From: Reclinomonas americana ATCC 50394
Lineage: Eukaryota
Reading direction: 5' to 3'
Assembly (NCBI GenBank): GCA_048213135.1
Contig: PS015020.1
Span: 80,173-142,326, forward strand
Length of the DNA: 62,154 bases
The position numbers and the translations under genes are program-made. Below, in pieces: positions 49,457 through 62,154 of this stretch; positions within the stretch are counted from its first letter, which is position 1, and each line of letters opens with the position of its first letter. The notes under the pieces are model-generated. The model saw only the letters and a program-made list of their open reading frames with translations, made no database searches and had not been told where the DNA came from.

Positions 49457-51089
49457 TGCTGACGGATTGATTGCGTGTCCCGTGGGTCCTCACGCGTGGA
49501 GTTCGGGGGTAACGGGGTGGGTGCCGAGCTGCGTAGAGTGTACGAGTAGACGAGGGAGCTGTGGAGGTGGAGAATGCAGTGTAGAGCGGAGAGAATGGAG
49601 TTGGCGATCGCGAATTCGATCGCAGTTTGATCGTACCCGGAGAACGCCTTTTGTGGCGCTGGCGACACTGCAGTCTGTTGGTAGTCCTCGTCGTGGTGTA
49701 GTTACGCCACTTTTCTCAGTCACAGCACTGCGCGCGGGGAATGGGCAAGAGATCAACGTCGACGTCGACGTCGCGAGCGATCTGCAAAGTAAAGCCGCTC
49801 TCCTCACAGCGCACGGAAAGCCCAAGTCAGCGCCACCATCACGCATTCTCCACTGGTACTGCACTCACGCACACACAGCTGCACGTCGACATTGCTGTCC
49901 CACACACACGTGTCGCGGCCCTCGCACAATCACGCAACGAAGCAATCATGCAGCGCACACTGCTGTTGNNNNNNNNNNNNNNNNNNNNNNNNNNNNNNNN
50001 NNNNNNNNNNNNNNNNNNNNNNNNNNNNNNNNNNNNNNNNNNNNNNNNNNNNNNNNNNNNNNNNNNNNNNNNNNNNNNNNNNNNNNNNNNNNNNNNNNNN
50101 NNNNNNNNNNNNNNNNNNNNNNNNNNNNNNNNNNNNNNNNNNNNNNNNNNNNNNNNNNNNNNNNNNNNNNNNNNNNNNNNNNNNNNNNNNNNNNNNNNNN
50201 NNNNNNNNNNNNNNNNNNNNNNNNNNNNNNNNNNNNNNNNNNNNNNNNNNNNNNNNNNNNNNNNNNNNNNNNNNNNNNNNNNNNNNNNNNNNNNNNNNNN
50301 NNNNNNNNNNNNNNNNNNNNNNNNNNNNNNNNNNNNNNNNNNNNNNNNNNNNNNNNNNNNNNNNNNNNNNNNNNNNNNNNNNNNNNNNNNNNNNNNNNNN
50401 NNNNNNNNNNNNNNNNNNNNNNNNNNNNNNNNNNNNNNNNNNNNNNNNNNNNNNNNNNNNNNNNNNNNNNNNNNNNNNNNNNNNNNNNNNNNNNNNNNNN
50501 NNNNNNNNNNNNNNNNNNNNNNNNNNNNNNNNNNNNNNNNNNNGAGAGAGAGAGAGAGCAGAGGGTGGAAAGGAGTGGTTGTCGTTCTTCTCGTGCAAGT
50601 TTGCTGCTCTCCAGGCGCACGGACGAGAACAACAAAGTGCATAGAGTTGAGAGCAGAGGAGTTGCTTGTTTCGCTGGCAGGGAGTCATCTTTCTGCAACT
50701 GCCGTGCATCTCTCTTCGTTGTATCGTCATTCTTCTCTTCGAGACGAAGGGTGGAGACGAAGAGGAAGATAGGGTGGAAGAAGAAGACAGGGGAAACCAT
50801 TATCACGTCTTCTGTGCATCCTTTTCCTCCACTTCTCGCTGTCCAGCTGCGCGCACCACTCGAGGCAGAGAGTGTCTTCACCTCCTGCTCGGTGCCTCTC
50901 TCTTCTTGATGGCATTTCTCTCTTCCTGTGCTCGCTGTCCAGCTGTCTCCGTTCATCGCCTTCTACTCGCTGGCATATATCTCTTACCCCTCTTGATTAC
51001 GTTTTCTCTCCCTTTCTCCTCCTATCCTCTTGTTTCTCTTCTCCTGCATCTTCCCTCATCATCCCTCCTCTCCCACCCCCCCTCTCCAG

Positions 51090-52742
51090 CTGACCGAGTA
51101 CGAGCGCGTTGCCTACGTGGACGCCGACTCGGTGGTGTACGAGCCGCTGGACGACCTGTTTGCCTGCCCGGGCACTCGTCTGTGCGCCGCCTTTATCAAC
51201 CCCTGCATCTTCAACACGGGCGTGGTGGTGCTGCGGCCCGACATGCAGACATTCGAATCGATGGTGTCGACGCTCGACAAGGTCGACTCGTACGATGGTG
51301 GCGATCAGGGTTTCCTCAACGTCTACTTCCCGCACCTGCTGTCGGCGCCCATGTATCGCGGCTGGGGCGCCATTCCGCCTCTGCCAGGCTCGCACCCGCT
51401 GGCACCGATCCCGCACACGGTGGCCGAATTGGAGGCCGCCGAAAAAGATGCTCACGAGTCGGGGGCGCTGCCTGACCCTGAGGCGATCGAAGACGATGGA
51501 CCCGGCGGCAAGGGCGCTGGCGAGAAGCACGAGTTCTACCGGTTGGCCAACTATTTCCACGTCGATCCGCTCTTTTACTACACCAATCTCGGCTTTGCTA
51601 CCGCGTGCGAGCGCCCGCGTCTGGTCGAGTACCTCGGCCTGCCATTCTTGAAGCCGTGGTTCTGGTACACCTACGCATTCATGGATTTGTCGGTGAGTGG
51701 GTGGGAGAGAGAGGGGGAAAGAGAGAGAGAGGTCGCTCACATAGATCGTGTCTCAATCCACTCCTCTACAAAGTGGCCGTGGTTCGAGGTCCGCTCACAG
51801 CTGCCCACCGACCTGGCGTACTTGCAAGGCCACCCGATGTACGTGCTGGTGCCGATGGCCGTCCTGCTCAGCGTGCTCGTACTCGGCATGTGTATGCTCA
51901 GCAACAGCCACCGGCGATTCCAGGTGCTGCGATTCGTGTGCAACGACAAGGTGCACATTGGTCGGGCGCTGCTTCCCCCCGTTGCGCCGCTCTGAACATA
52001 CAGTCTCGATTTTTTTCAGGGCCGTGTGTATCGGCTACTGTCATGCTCGTTGGCGTGGATGTCGGAGGGCAGCTATCAAATCATCAGCATGCTGTACTGG
52101 ATCTTTGCACTGGCCATGGCCACCTATGTGCCCCTCAAATGGATCATTCCCATCAAGTGCGTCCTGGCAGGCACAATGCGCTGTCCATCTCCGTAGTAGA
52201 TCACTGATGCCCCCCCTCCATTGCGCAGCACAACGCCTGTGCCGGCATGGATCGCCTTTTACTGCTGGTACGTGACGCTGCTGGCGGTGTACGCGTACCC
52301 GTTCCTGTGGGCGATTGCCATTCGCGGCAAGTTGCGTCGCATGCGCGGAGAGCACTTTTCCCTTTCACTCCCTGCCGCTCACCGCACGCTGCAGGAATCA
52401 CCACGATCAAGTGTACCACTCCTCCATCCCGTCCATGGTGCGCTATGAGGATTCCGACGTACCATTACTCTCCACAGCACTGCTCGTGCTCAGCGTCGGC
52501 GTCATCTCGGCCATCTACGTCGCCTCGTGGAGTCTGCCAATCTTCCCCGTTGCGTCGCCAGCAACAGTACATGATTGCGCGCGCATTGCTCACATTTGCC
52601 GCGCGTACAGTCGTTCCTGCATCGCGTGGTGTGGATGCTGGTCTGGGGCATCGTATTCCTCGCCTACAACGTGTGGGTGGCGGTGCGGCTCAGCCGGCTG
52701 TGGTGGAGCGGATTGGTGCACACGCGGTGTGTGGCGTCGTAA
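51090..52742 (+). CDS. GT8 glycosyltransferase, PGSIP7/8-like (glycogenin-related, C-terminal TM helices); 5' exons lie in the gap
   Basis: YERVAYVDAD (DxD), LCAAFINPCIFNTGVVVLRP, SYDGGDQGFLNVYF, PFLKPWFWY; several C-terminal hydrophobic helices. Confidence 0.85.
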
Positions 52743-52970
52743 GAATGCAGTAAACTGCAAGTGTCATAGAACTGAAGAAGAACGTTATGCACATTCTCTC
52801 CATCACGTGCATCACGAACGAACGGCAATGGAAACTTTGCATGCGTCGACGAGCATGAAGAAACGCACTTTTCGCGCGCCACTCATGATCACCAACTCAC
52901 CAGTACCACCTATTTTGGACATGATGGTGATTTTACGAGTTGCATGAGCAAAGTCGACCCTGACTGAGTG

Positions 52971-53900
52971 TTATTGCTTTGATTGTGGGTGAGAGAGAAG
53001 AGAAGAGATGCTCAGCACAGCACCCATGCACCAACACCACGCACTGATCTCGTACGACGAGTCAACCTGGTGCGACGATGATGAAGATGAAGAGGAGGAT
53101 GTGGTGGTGGACGCGGAAGAAGGAGAAGAGGTGTTGAGTGGAGGAGGCACAGCAGCGGTGTTTGCCTTTGCCGCCATTGAGAGCCCGTGCGAGAGACGAC
53201 TACTGTGCAAGTCCTCAGCCACCACCACCACTGCAACACCAACAAGAAGAGTGGTGGTGGTGTCGCGAAGATCCGGACTGCTGGTGAGAGGAGGCGCGGG
53301 AGGAGTGGCACAAATCTCGGCGCCTTGCTCGCCCACGCGACATGTCCGCGAGGGTGACGTGGCGGCGGATGAGGAGGGCGACAGTGAGACAGAGTGTGCA
53401 GAAGACGCGCGGCCACGTAATGCAGTGCAGCGACAGGCCGTCTCGGGTTTGTCACTTGTGGGGAATTGCAACTCGCATCGTTTTGCTTGATTGCTCATCA
53501 TGCCTGTTGTTGTTGTTGCTGTTGCAGTTCTGTCTGTGGGCTCCAGTTCACCACGCTCAACGGCCACGGATGACTCGCTGATGACGCCGGCCGGCAGCAG
53601 CTTGGTTCGTGATCGGACAGCGGTAGCAGCAGCATCGGGTTCCGGATCCGGACGCCCGCGAAGACTATCGCTGGTGTCTGCTCCGCCTTCTGCAGCGGCC
53701 ACTGTGATACCGGCACACGGACGTGCCACGTCGACGAGTTCCGCCTGCTCGTCATTGTCGTCGTCCGCGGCCACCAATCCCAAAAAGTTGCGCGCCGTTT
53801 CTCTCTCCGTGTAAATACAGCAGCTGCTTACCCGGGGAAGCTGCAGGTATGCGTCGCTACTGGACAAGATTCGCATGGCGCGTGTGGTCACACGAGGCAA
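52971..53900 (-). CDS. Hypothetical low-complexity protein (boundaries uncertain)
   Basis: Long Ser/Thr/Ala-rich ORF filling the space between two genes; no domain recognised. Confidence 0.3.
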   Translation of the reverse strand: MPRVTTRAMRILSSSDAYLQLPRVSSCCIYTERETARNFLGLVAADDDNDEQAELVDVARPCAGITVAAAEGGADTSDSLRGRPDPEPDAAATAVRSRTKLLPAGVISESSVAVERGELEPTDRTATATTTTGMMSNQAKRCELQFPTSDKPETACRCTALRGRASSAHSVSLSPSSSAATSPSRTCRVGEQGAEICATPPAPPLTSSPDLRDTTTTLLVGVAVVVVAEDLHSSRLSHGLSMAAKANTAAVPPPLNTSSPSSASTTTSSSSSSSSSHQVDSSYEISAWCWCMGAVLSISSLLSHPQSKQ

Positions 53901-54098
53901 GACGGGTCAGCGGTCGCCGCACATGTCGGGTGACCTCATTGTGCCGCAAGGCTCACTCAGCAGTTTCCTGTCGGGCGGGCGGCGCATGCGGTAGTCGCCC
54001 TGTATAGAGGAAACCCGATAACAACCAGCTGTCACCACAATGTAGAACCACCACCAATTTTGTCAGGAAGTGGTCGATTGAAATTCACTGTACACCTG

Positions 54099-56514
54099 TT
54101 AGCCCACACTGCGATTGACGGCGGCTTCAAAGATGACATCAGTGGTGCCGTCGTCCAGCGCCTTGTGAAACTCGACACGCAAGTACTTCTCGCGCACACT
54201 GACCAGCACGAAGCCAAGGGACGCATCGCCAAAGACCGCGTATTCCGACGACTTGGCGAGCGAATCGTGCAGGCCAAACGATCCGGTGCCGCTGTTGAAC
54301 GAGGAGAGAGTGAATTGCTGAAATGTGAAGGAGAGGAAAGGAGGCGGAGCAGCAGCAGCAGCAGCAGCAGCACCTAATCACATGCGCAGCGCCGTTGCCG
54401 TCGAGCAGGTACTGCAGAGGAAAGTGCATGAGGACGCGTGGGGATGGCGAGAGAAGTGAAACGGAAATGGCCAACCTGCAGCGTGTGGTCGTGGCCGGAG
54501 AGGTACAACTGCACGTGATTGTCGCGCAAGATTGGCAGCAGCTGCTGGCGCATCTCCGTTGCACCCTCCACATCCTGCGCACGCAGTGTGAGTGCTTCTG
54601 CCGAGTGCAAGCAGGAGCGTCGAACGACGCACCATGTCACTCGAGAACGCCGGATGGTGACCTGTGCACATACTCGTCAGCGTGGCATTGAAGAAGCACG
54701 AGCAAGGCGATCGACGCCGCGCACCAACAACAATGTTCCAGGTGCCGCGTCGATCGGCATTCTCCGTTGTCTCGCGCACAAACTCGAGCATTTGCGTCAC
54801 GTCGATCTCTGTCAGCGCGGTCTTGTTGCCATACGTGTAGGTGAGGTACGTCGGCACGAGGTGAGTCGTGCTGAGCACGGTGAACGTCATGGCGAAGGCT
54901 GCGAGGAGGGAGAAGGGGTGGAGTGAGGAGAAGTGAAGGGGAAGAGAAGGGAAGAGTGAAGGGGAAGATGGAAGGGGGAAGATGGAAGGGGAAGACGAAA
55001 GGGGGAAGATGGAAGGAGGGAAGACAGAAGGGGGAAGACAAAGGGGGAAGACGGAAGGGGGAGGACGAAGGGGGAAGACGAAGGGGAAGACGGAGGGAGG
55101 AAGACTAAGGGGAGAAAGGAGAGGAGTAGTCGTCAAGGAAGAAGAGGTAGAGACACACTGCGGCTGAAAAGCAGGCACACAGGAGAACACGCAGAGGTGT
55201 TTCTTCGCAATCATCCACGCAACTGCCATCCACCCCATCAGTCGACGCCGGCACCACCTCGTCCGTCGAGTAGTAATAGTACGGCATCTCCCACCGTTCG
55301 TCAACCTCGTGATATGCAAACTGTGCGTGAGGATTGCCGAAATCATGATTGCCTGCAAGAAGAACGTGAGCGCGCGCCGTCACGAAAGACAGCTCGTCCC
55401 AACACCGCACCGAGCGATGCCGTCCATGGCACTCTTAGCGAGTCGTCCTTGTACACCTGCGCGTGCGGGAGCACGAGTGAGACGACGATACCATCTCCTA
55501 TCCACGCGCTACTCCCTCAACATCAGCAAACGAGGTCTTCCATTGTGGATCGTCGACCGAGACAACTCCAGCCTGATAGAAATTGTCGCCCACCTGCATG
55601 TCACACAGTATCAGCACCCGCTCGTCATTCTAGCTGCCCCCGCGGACAAACTCACGGAGATGATTCTTCGACAGCCCACTCGTTTGCACTCGTTGGCCAA
55701 CGCCGCCGCCACCTTGAGCTGTCCCGGCTGCGATTCATCATGAGATCAACCGACTCTTGTACTTACACATAAGGACGGCACACACACACGCACTGACCGA
55801 TCCCTGCATGCCCCAGTCGCCAATCACCGCAAAGCGATACGCGTTGCCCTCATCGTGTGGATCGTCGGCCACACTCGGATCGCCCGCTCGCTCCGCCACA
55901 TACACCGACAGGCCCGCCACGACCACCAACACGACAACAATCGAGCTCACCAGCACACTAATCACAATGCACTGTCGCCTCCTGCACAACAACATCACAG
56001 TCACAACAACAGCGATGACAAGAACGAAATTGAGATGCTGCTGATATGACTGAACTTCTTCCTCCTGCGCTGTCGCTGCACTTGAGCAGCCACATCGGGC
56101 ACCGACGCAGCACCGCCCTCGTCCAAGTCCACTGCGATCCAAAGGCGTGAGTCATTGTCGCCACTGTGAATATCATGACTGACTGGACTCACCAGTGCCA
56201 CGTGCGCTGTCTTGCGCGCGACTGAGTGGCGCCAACTCCACATCGTGCAGTGGCGAGCCGCGACGTCCACGTCCTCCTCTGCGCCCGCCTCGTCCGCCTC
56301 CTCGTCCTCCTCCTCGTCGAGATGACGATGAGTTGGGGCTTCCCGCGCGCGCAGCCCACGCCACGTCAGCGTCGTCTTGTGAGGAATCGCCGTCGCTGTC
56401 CGAGTCGGTGAACGACTCGGGCGGGAGAGCACGCATGAACTGTCGATTGTCAGTGCGCCCACTGCCACCACCACCACCACCAGAGGTGGCGTTGTTGTCG
56501 CGCGCGCCCGACAT
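54099..56514 (-). CDS. Membrane-anchored purple/tartrate-resistant acid phosphatase (metallophosphoesterase)
   Basis: Metal-binding motifs GDWG, GDNFY, GNHD, VVGHHP and SGHDH recovered by splicing; one TM helix before the catalytic domain; RG-rich N-terminus. Confidence 0.9.
54938..55110 (+). repeat. Degenerate purine-rich minisatellite (GGGGAAGA..GA units) inside a phosphatase intron
   Basis: About ten imperfect copies of ggggaaga(tgg/cga/caa)a. Confidence 0.7.
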
Positions 56515-56593
56515 CTTTCTGAAGATTGTCACACAGGACGCATCATTGTGGCTTTCATTTATTACGTACGTCGACGCCTTTGCTGGGAGGAGA

Positions 56594-57743
56594 CTACTGG
56601 CGAGTTGGGCGCCACTTGGTCGCCTGCTTGTAGTCCAGCTCAAAGACGCGCTGATAAATGGCGGCGACGTCGGCCGAGTCGACGTAGAACTGGAAGTCGC
56701 GATTGGTCTTGCGCCATGAGGAGCCGGAGCTGTAGGGCGGATAGACGTTGTTGTCGGGGTAGAGGAAGTCGGTGGGCGCCCAGTTGCCGGTGGACAGCAT
56801 CACGCGCGAGCCGTCCATGATCCAGTACTTTTCGTGCGAGTACGTCAGGCAGTAGTCGTGGCTCGAGTAGATGGTGAGGCCGGCGCGCACCAGGCGCTCG
56901 TAGACGACCTGCGTGGTTTCCGAATCCTCCTTGTCGTAGATCTCGCGCGACGTGAACAGGCGGATCTGCACGCCACGCTTGAACAGCGCGATGAGGGCGT
57001 CGGCCACCGGGTCGCTGTTGATCTGGTAGATCGACACGTCCAGCGTGCTCTGCACCGAGTTGAGAGCGTCGAGCAGCGTCGTCAGCGCATAGTCGGGGCT
57101 GGCGAACGCCGTAATGTTGGCGTTGCGCACAGAAACGGCCTGCGGGGTGCCCGAGGCCGTCTGGCACTCAAAGGTGCGCGGGTCGGGAACGACAACGGGG
57201 ATCGGCGACTTGTCGGCGATCATGGCCTCCTCGGCGGCCGTGTACTTTTCCGTGACCGTCATCGGCACCGCAATCGACCAGTCGTCCTCGAAAACGCGCT
57301 GGTAGAAGCCGACAATGTCGGAGTTGTCCGAGACGACCACGCTGGGGAGAAAAAGGGGAAGGGTGAGAAGGGGCAAGGGGGAGAAGGGGGAGGGTGGGAG
57401 GGGAGAAGGGCGAGAGGGGAAAGAAGGGAAGGAAATAAAGGAAGGACAAGGGGAAATAGGAAGGGTGGGAGGGAGACGAGAAAGAACGGCCTTAGAGCAT
57501 GGAAAAGGTGGAAGACAAAGGGGGAAGGCAGATATAGTGATGCAAGAGAAATGAATATGGGCCGAACCGAGGCGCAAGAAGCGCGAACGCACAGAGAGAG
57601 AGAGGCTGAGGCACGAATCGAATGTCGACCTCAACAAGAGACAAGTGTTGAAGGTAAGGGGAAATGAAACAACGACAGAGAAAGACACAGAGACACACGA
57701 TTCGGTGTACCTGTGCTGTGCGTGAAGAGAGAGAGAGAGTGAA

Positions 57744-57774
<31 letters not shown>

Positions 57775-58109
57775 AGAAAGAGACAGAGAGACACAATCCG
57801 CGGTGTGTGTCTTTAGAGAGCATTTCCAACCACTCACCCAGCCTCGCGATTCAACATGTACGACGTGTACGACCAGTTCACGGACGACACAGCGGCCTTG
57901 GCGCGCGAAGTGCCGGCGTCGATCGACTGGTACTTGATGTGCACAAAGGTGGTGGTGGCGTAGAAGCGCACCTGTGCACCGGCCTTGACCAGGTACTCCA
58001 GCGGTCCGATCTTGCCGGAGCAGAGGGTGGTGGGGTAGCCGTTGGTCATGATGCGGACGCGCACTCCCTGGTGGATCTTGTTGACCAGGGCTTGGAAGAT
58101 GGGGAAGGT
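56594..58109 (-). CDS. Phospholipase D superfamily protein with two HKD motifs; 5' exons lie in or beyond the gap
   Basis: HIKYQSID...SSVNWS...NREAG and HEKYWIMD...STGNW...NRDF; FASPD, LDVSIYQI. Confidence 0.9.
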
Positions 58110-59067
58110 CTGCGGAAGGAGGGGAAGGGAGGGTGAGAGGGTGAGAGAGGGGGAAGGAGGAAGGGGGAAAGGAGGAGAAGGAGAAGAAGAAGGAGGGGAG
58201 GGAGGGAGGGAGGGAGGGAGAGGAGTAGGAGGAGGAGGAGGAGGAGGAGGAGAAGAAGAAGAACAAGAGGAGGAGGAGGAGAACGCATACTGCACTTGCC
58301 AAACACAGCACTTCAACTCAGAGACGGACATAGAGACCGACAAACAGAGAGGACAGAGGAGAGGGGAGAGAAGGAAACGGAGAGATGGAGAACATAGCGT
58401 CGGAGAAATCGAGACGGCATGTGTAGCAGGGTGGCATAGCAGTGATTCAGTGACGGCAGAGACAGACTCTNNNNNNNNNNNNNNNNNNNNNNNNNNNNNN
58501 NNNNNNNNNNNNNNNNNNNNNNNNNNNNNNNNNNNNNNNNNNNNNNNNNNNNNNNNNNNNNNNNNNNNNNNNNNNNNNNNNNNNNNNNNNNNNNNNNNNN
58601 NNNNNNNNNNNNNNNNNNNNNNNNNNNNNNNNNNNNNNNNNNNNNNNNNNNNNNNNNNNNNNNNNNNNNNNNNNNNNNNNNNNNNNNNNNNNNNNNNNNN
58701 NNNNNNNNNNNNNNNNNNNNNNNNNNNNNNNNNNNNNNNNNNNNNNNNNNNNNNNNNNNNNNNNNNNNNNNNNNNNNNNNNNNNNNNNNNNNNNNNNNNN
58801 NNNNNNNNNNNNNNNNNNNNNNNNNNNNNNNNNNNNNNNNNNNNNNNNNNNNNNNNNNNNNNNNNNNGAGAGAGAGAGAGAAAGGGAGAAAAATGAGAGA
58901 GAGAGAGAGTGGGTGAGAAAAGAAGGAGTGAGCGAGAGTGTGGCACAAACCTCGTGCGCTGCGACCACCGCGGCTGTCACTATGCGACGCAGTACAGCAC
59001 CTGCGCGTGTCGCAGCATCGCGTGATGTGGTTAACGAGTGGGACGAAAGAAGGACAACTCTCCAGAA

Positions 59068-60180
59068 ATGACGTACCGCGCGCTCCTCGGCCACACCGCG
59101 CCCGTCTCCTCCATCACCAGCACCCCCGACGGCACTCTCCTCATCAGCGGCGGCCTGGACAGCACAGTGAACGTCTGGTCGCTCACCACCAACAAGCTGA
59201 TCGCCGTGGCCACTCACGTGATCGAGGACATGATCACCTCGGTGCGAGTCAGTCCGTGTGGACGCCTGCTGGCCGCCAGCAGCGACGACTGCTTTGTGTA
59301 CCTCTGGCAACTGCCGAAAACGCACGCGAGTGATCAACCCACGCACGCGCAGCTCTGCTTGCTGCACCGACTCAGTGGGCACGAGGAGAGCGTCAACGCC
59401 GTGGTGTTCTCCGCTGATGGAGCGCTGCTGTTCTCCAGTGGAGAGGATGAGACTGTTCGCGTGTGGCAGGTGGCGACTGGTGAGTCGGTGCGTGTCATGA
59501 GGGGCCACCGAGGCATCGTGTGGCAGCTGGTGGTGACGCCCGACAACCAGTTCGTCGTCAGTGGCGGGCAAGACAACGCAGCGGTGGTGTGGAGCGTCGC
59601 CACGGGCGACCTATTGCGCCGCATCACCTTCCCGCCCGCCGAGTGGTGCGTGACCAACATGCTGGCGCTGTCGGGCCATCGGCTCCTCACGACCGACGGC
59701 GACCTGTGTGTGTCGATGTGGGACCTGACGACGGGTGAGCTCGTGCGCCAGCTGCAGTTTCGAGAGGCGACAGAGGGGAAGGAGGAGAAGAGGAAAGCAG
59801 GCAACTTGAACTATGCCATGAGCGTGCTGCAGCGTGGCGAGCGACATGTGTTCGGCACGTGCGACTCTGGCGTGTGTGCGTGGGAGCTGGAGACGGGCAT
59901 CATCGAGCACTACTTTGATGGTGCGCGCGGTAAAGTCGTCGCGTGCCATGTGACGCAAGACGGCTGCTATGTGGCGGCCGGTGGTGAGGATTGCATGGTG
60001 CATGTGTGGCCGGTGCTCGGGGGCCTGGCCCGGCGCGAGGTGGAGGCAGCTGAGCAGGCCATGGTGGCGGTGCAAGCGATGGTGCCGGAGGAGGCGGTGC
60101 GGTGCCTGCCCGAGTTGGTGCTGCGGTGCTTTGTGGTGGAGGAGGCGCGAGTGTGCGCGCAGAAGAGTGCAGCGTGGTAG
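59068..60180 (+). CDS. Intronless WD40-repeat protein
   Basis: One uninterrupted ORF with GH...WD/WS repeats (LGHTAPVSS..SGGLDSTVNVWS; SGHEESVNAV..SSGEDETVRVWQ). Confidence 0.88.
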   Translation: MTYRALLGHTAPVSSITSTPDGTLLISGGLDSTVNVWSLTTNKLIAVATHVIEDMITSVRVSPCGRLLAASSDDCFVYLWQLPKTHASDQPTHAQLCLLHRLSGHEESVNAVVFSADGALLFSSGEDETVRVWQVATGESVRVMRGHRGIVWQLVVTPDNQFVVSGGQDNAAVVWSVATGDLLRRITFPPAEWCVTNMLALSGHRLLTTDGDLCVSMWDLTTGELVRQLQFREATEGKEEKRKAGNLNYAMSVLQRGERHVFGTCDSGVCAWELETGIIEHYFDGARGKVVACHVTQDGCYVAAGGEDCMVHVWPVLGGLARREVEAAEQAMVAVQAMVPEEAVRCLPELVLRCFVVEEARVCAQKSAAW

Positions 60181-60221
60181 TAAACAGATTCTCTCGCATC
60201 TCTATAGTGTCGTTTACCGAC

Positions 60222-60437
60222 TCACATGAGAGAGCACGTGGAGGCTGGCTTGCGCAGATCGGGTGGACACTGGCACCACTGATCAGCGGGCACTGTGGCT
60301 TTCACCTGCCGCAGAGAGTGAGAGAGCGTGAGCGTGCGTGTGTGCGTGTGTGCAAGAGCACTCACCGACGCAATGTGTCGACCACAACCAGCCCATGTGT
60401 ACTTGTGACACGTCTCGCATTCCACCCTGCTGCACAT
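60222..60437 (-). CDS. Small (~51-aa) Cys-rich protein with a C-terminal CaaX box
   Basis: MCSRVECETCHKYTWAGCGRHIAS|VKATVPADQWCQCPPDLRKPASTCSLM*; one phase-0 GTGAGT..GCAG intron. Confidence 0.8.
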   Translation of the reverse strand: MCSRVECETCHKYTWAGCGRHIASVSALAHTHTRTLTLSHSLRQVKATVPADQWCQCPPDLRKPASTCSLM

Positions 60438-60682
60438 CGCCCGCTTGCGTTGATGGAGTGGTGATTGTTGGTTCGATGGATTGCGTGTCCGCGATGCTCC
60501 GAATTTGGCACATATTACCGGTGGAAATCACGTCCACGCATGGGAAGGGGAAGGTCGAGTGACATGCGGTGTGCCATGGTGATGGGATCGGAGCATGCAT
60601 TTGATTAATTGGTTGGTGTCGACGTCTTTGCGCAAAATTTTTCTCGCGATCGTACGCGTACAATTGCAAGAAAAGACCGCCG

Positions 60683-61535
<853 letters not shown>

Positions 61536-62154
61536 GTTGCGTTTTCAGAGTTTCCGAGTAGACGTATATGTGTATGCACGTGTGGGTGTGCGTCTATGCC
61601 TGCATGTTCCTGTGTGAGTGTTTGCTTGTTAACATGTTTGTTTGGCTCGTCGCGTTGCTTTGTGATCGTGTTCTTCTCCTTTGTTGCTCTTCCTTCTTGC
61701 CTGCTTGAGTGTTGCACATGCGAGATATAACCACATAGCCCTCTCGATGTCTTTTGTTGTGTGTCAGAGACGGAGAACACACGAGTGCACTTATTAATTG
61801 GTTGACCGCGCACCTTACACAACGTGTTATTTTTGAATTGCACACTTTTGTGTCTTCTTGCTTCGCTATAGTCGATGCCATGGTGTTGACGCTGTGCTTT
61901 TTTTGCAGCCATCTTGCCGCGCTCGCAGTTGACAACCACTGCCTGAGGGGCGCGATCGTTTCATGTCGACAAACGCGTCGGTCAGTCCCGTTGTCGTGTT
62001 GCGGCATACTTTGCCTGCACTCTCTTTCTCACTCACACACGCTCTCCTCCATTTTCCTGTTTTTCCGTGGTGGTTCTCTCTCTTCTCTTTCTCCCTCCCT
62101 CCCTCTTTCTCTCTCTGTTCTCTTTCTCTCTCTCTGTTCTCCCTCCCTCCCCTC

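Overview
This is gene-dense, GC-rich eukaryotic (protist-like) nuclear DNA from a gapped draft assembly. TACG-cycle noise beside gaps suggests 454 reads. About 20 protein-coding genes are interrupted by many short (mostly 50-100 nt) GT-AG introns, so the ORF track is fragmented. They include a RhoGEF, CSB/ERCC6, NUS1, an LRR protein, LMBRD2-like, SF3A3, USP39, HAUS3, a USP40-like DUB, a WD40-FN3-coiled-coil protein, SMC5, NST1-like, a PGSIP7/8-like GT8, a purple acid phosphatase, a PLD, an intronless WD40, a small Cys-rich CaaX protein and several orphans. I saw no rRNA, tRNA, CRISPR array or mobile element. The strongest unexplained signal is in splicing. At least 36 introns traced by hand (roughly a quarter of the introns) start with GTTGCG(T), which lacks the usual +5 G and almost never follows an exonic G (2 of 36). 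This looks like a second class of 5' splice site, the local GTGCGT donor shifted by one base, and points to a shifted U1/U6 register or a variant snRNA. All gene models come from manual translation and recall of family motifs; no searches were run.
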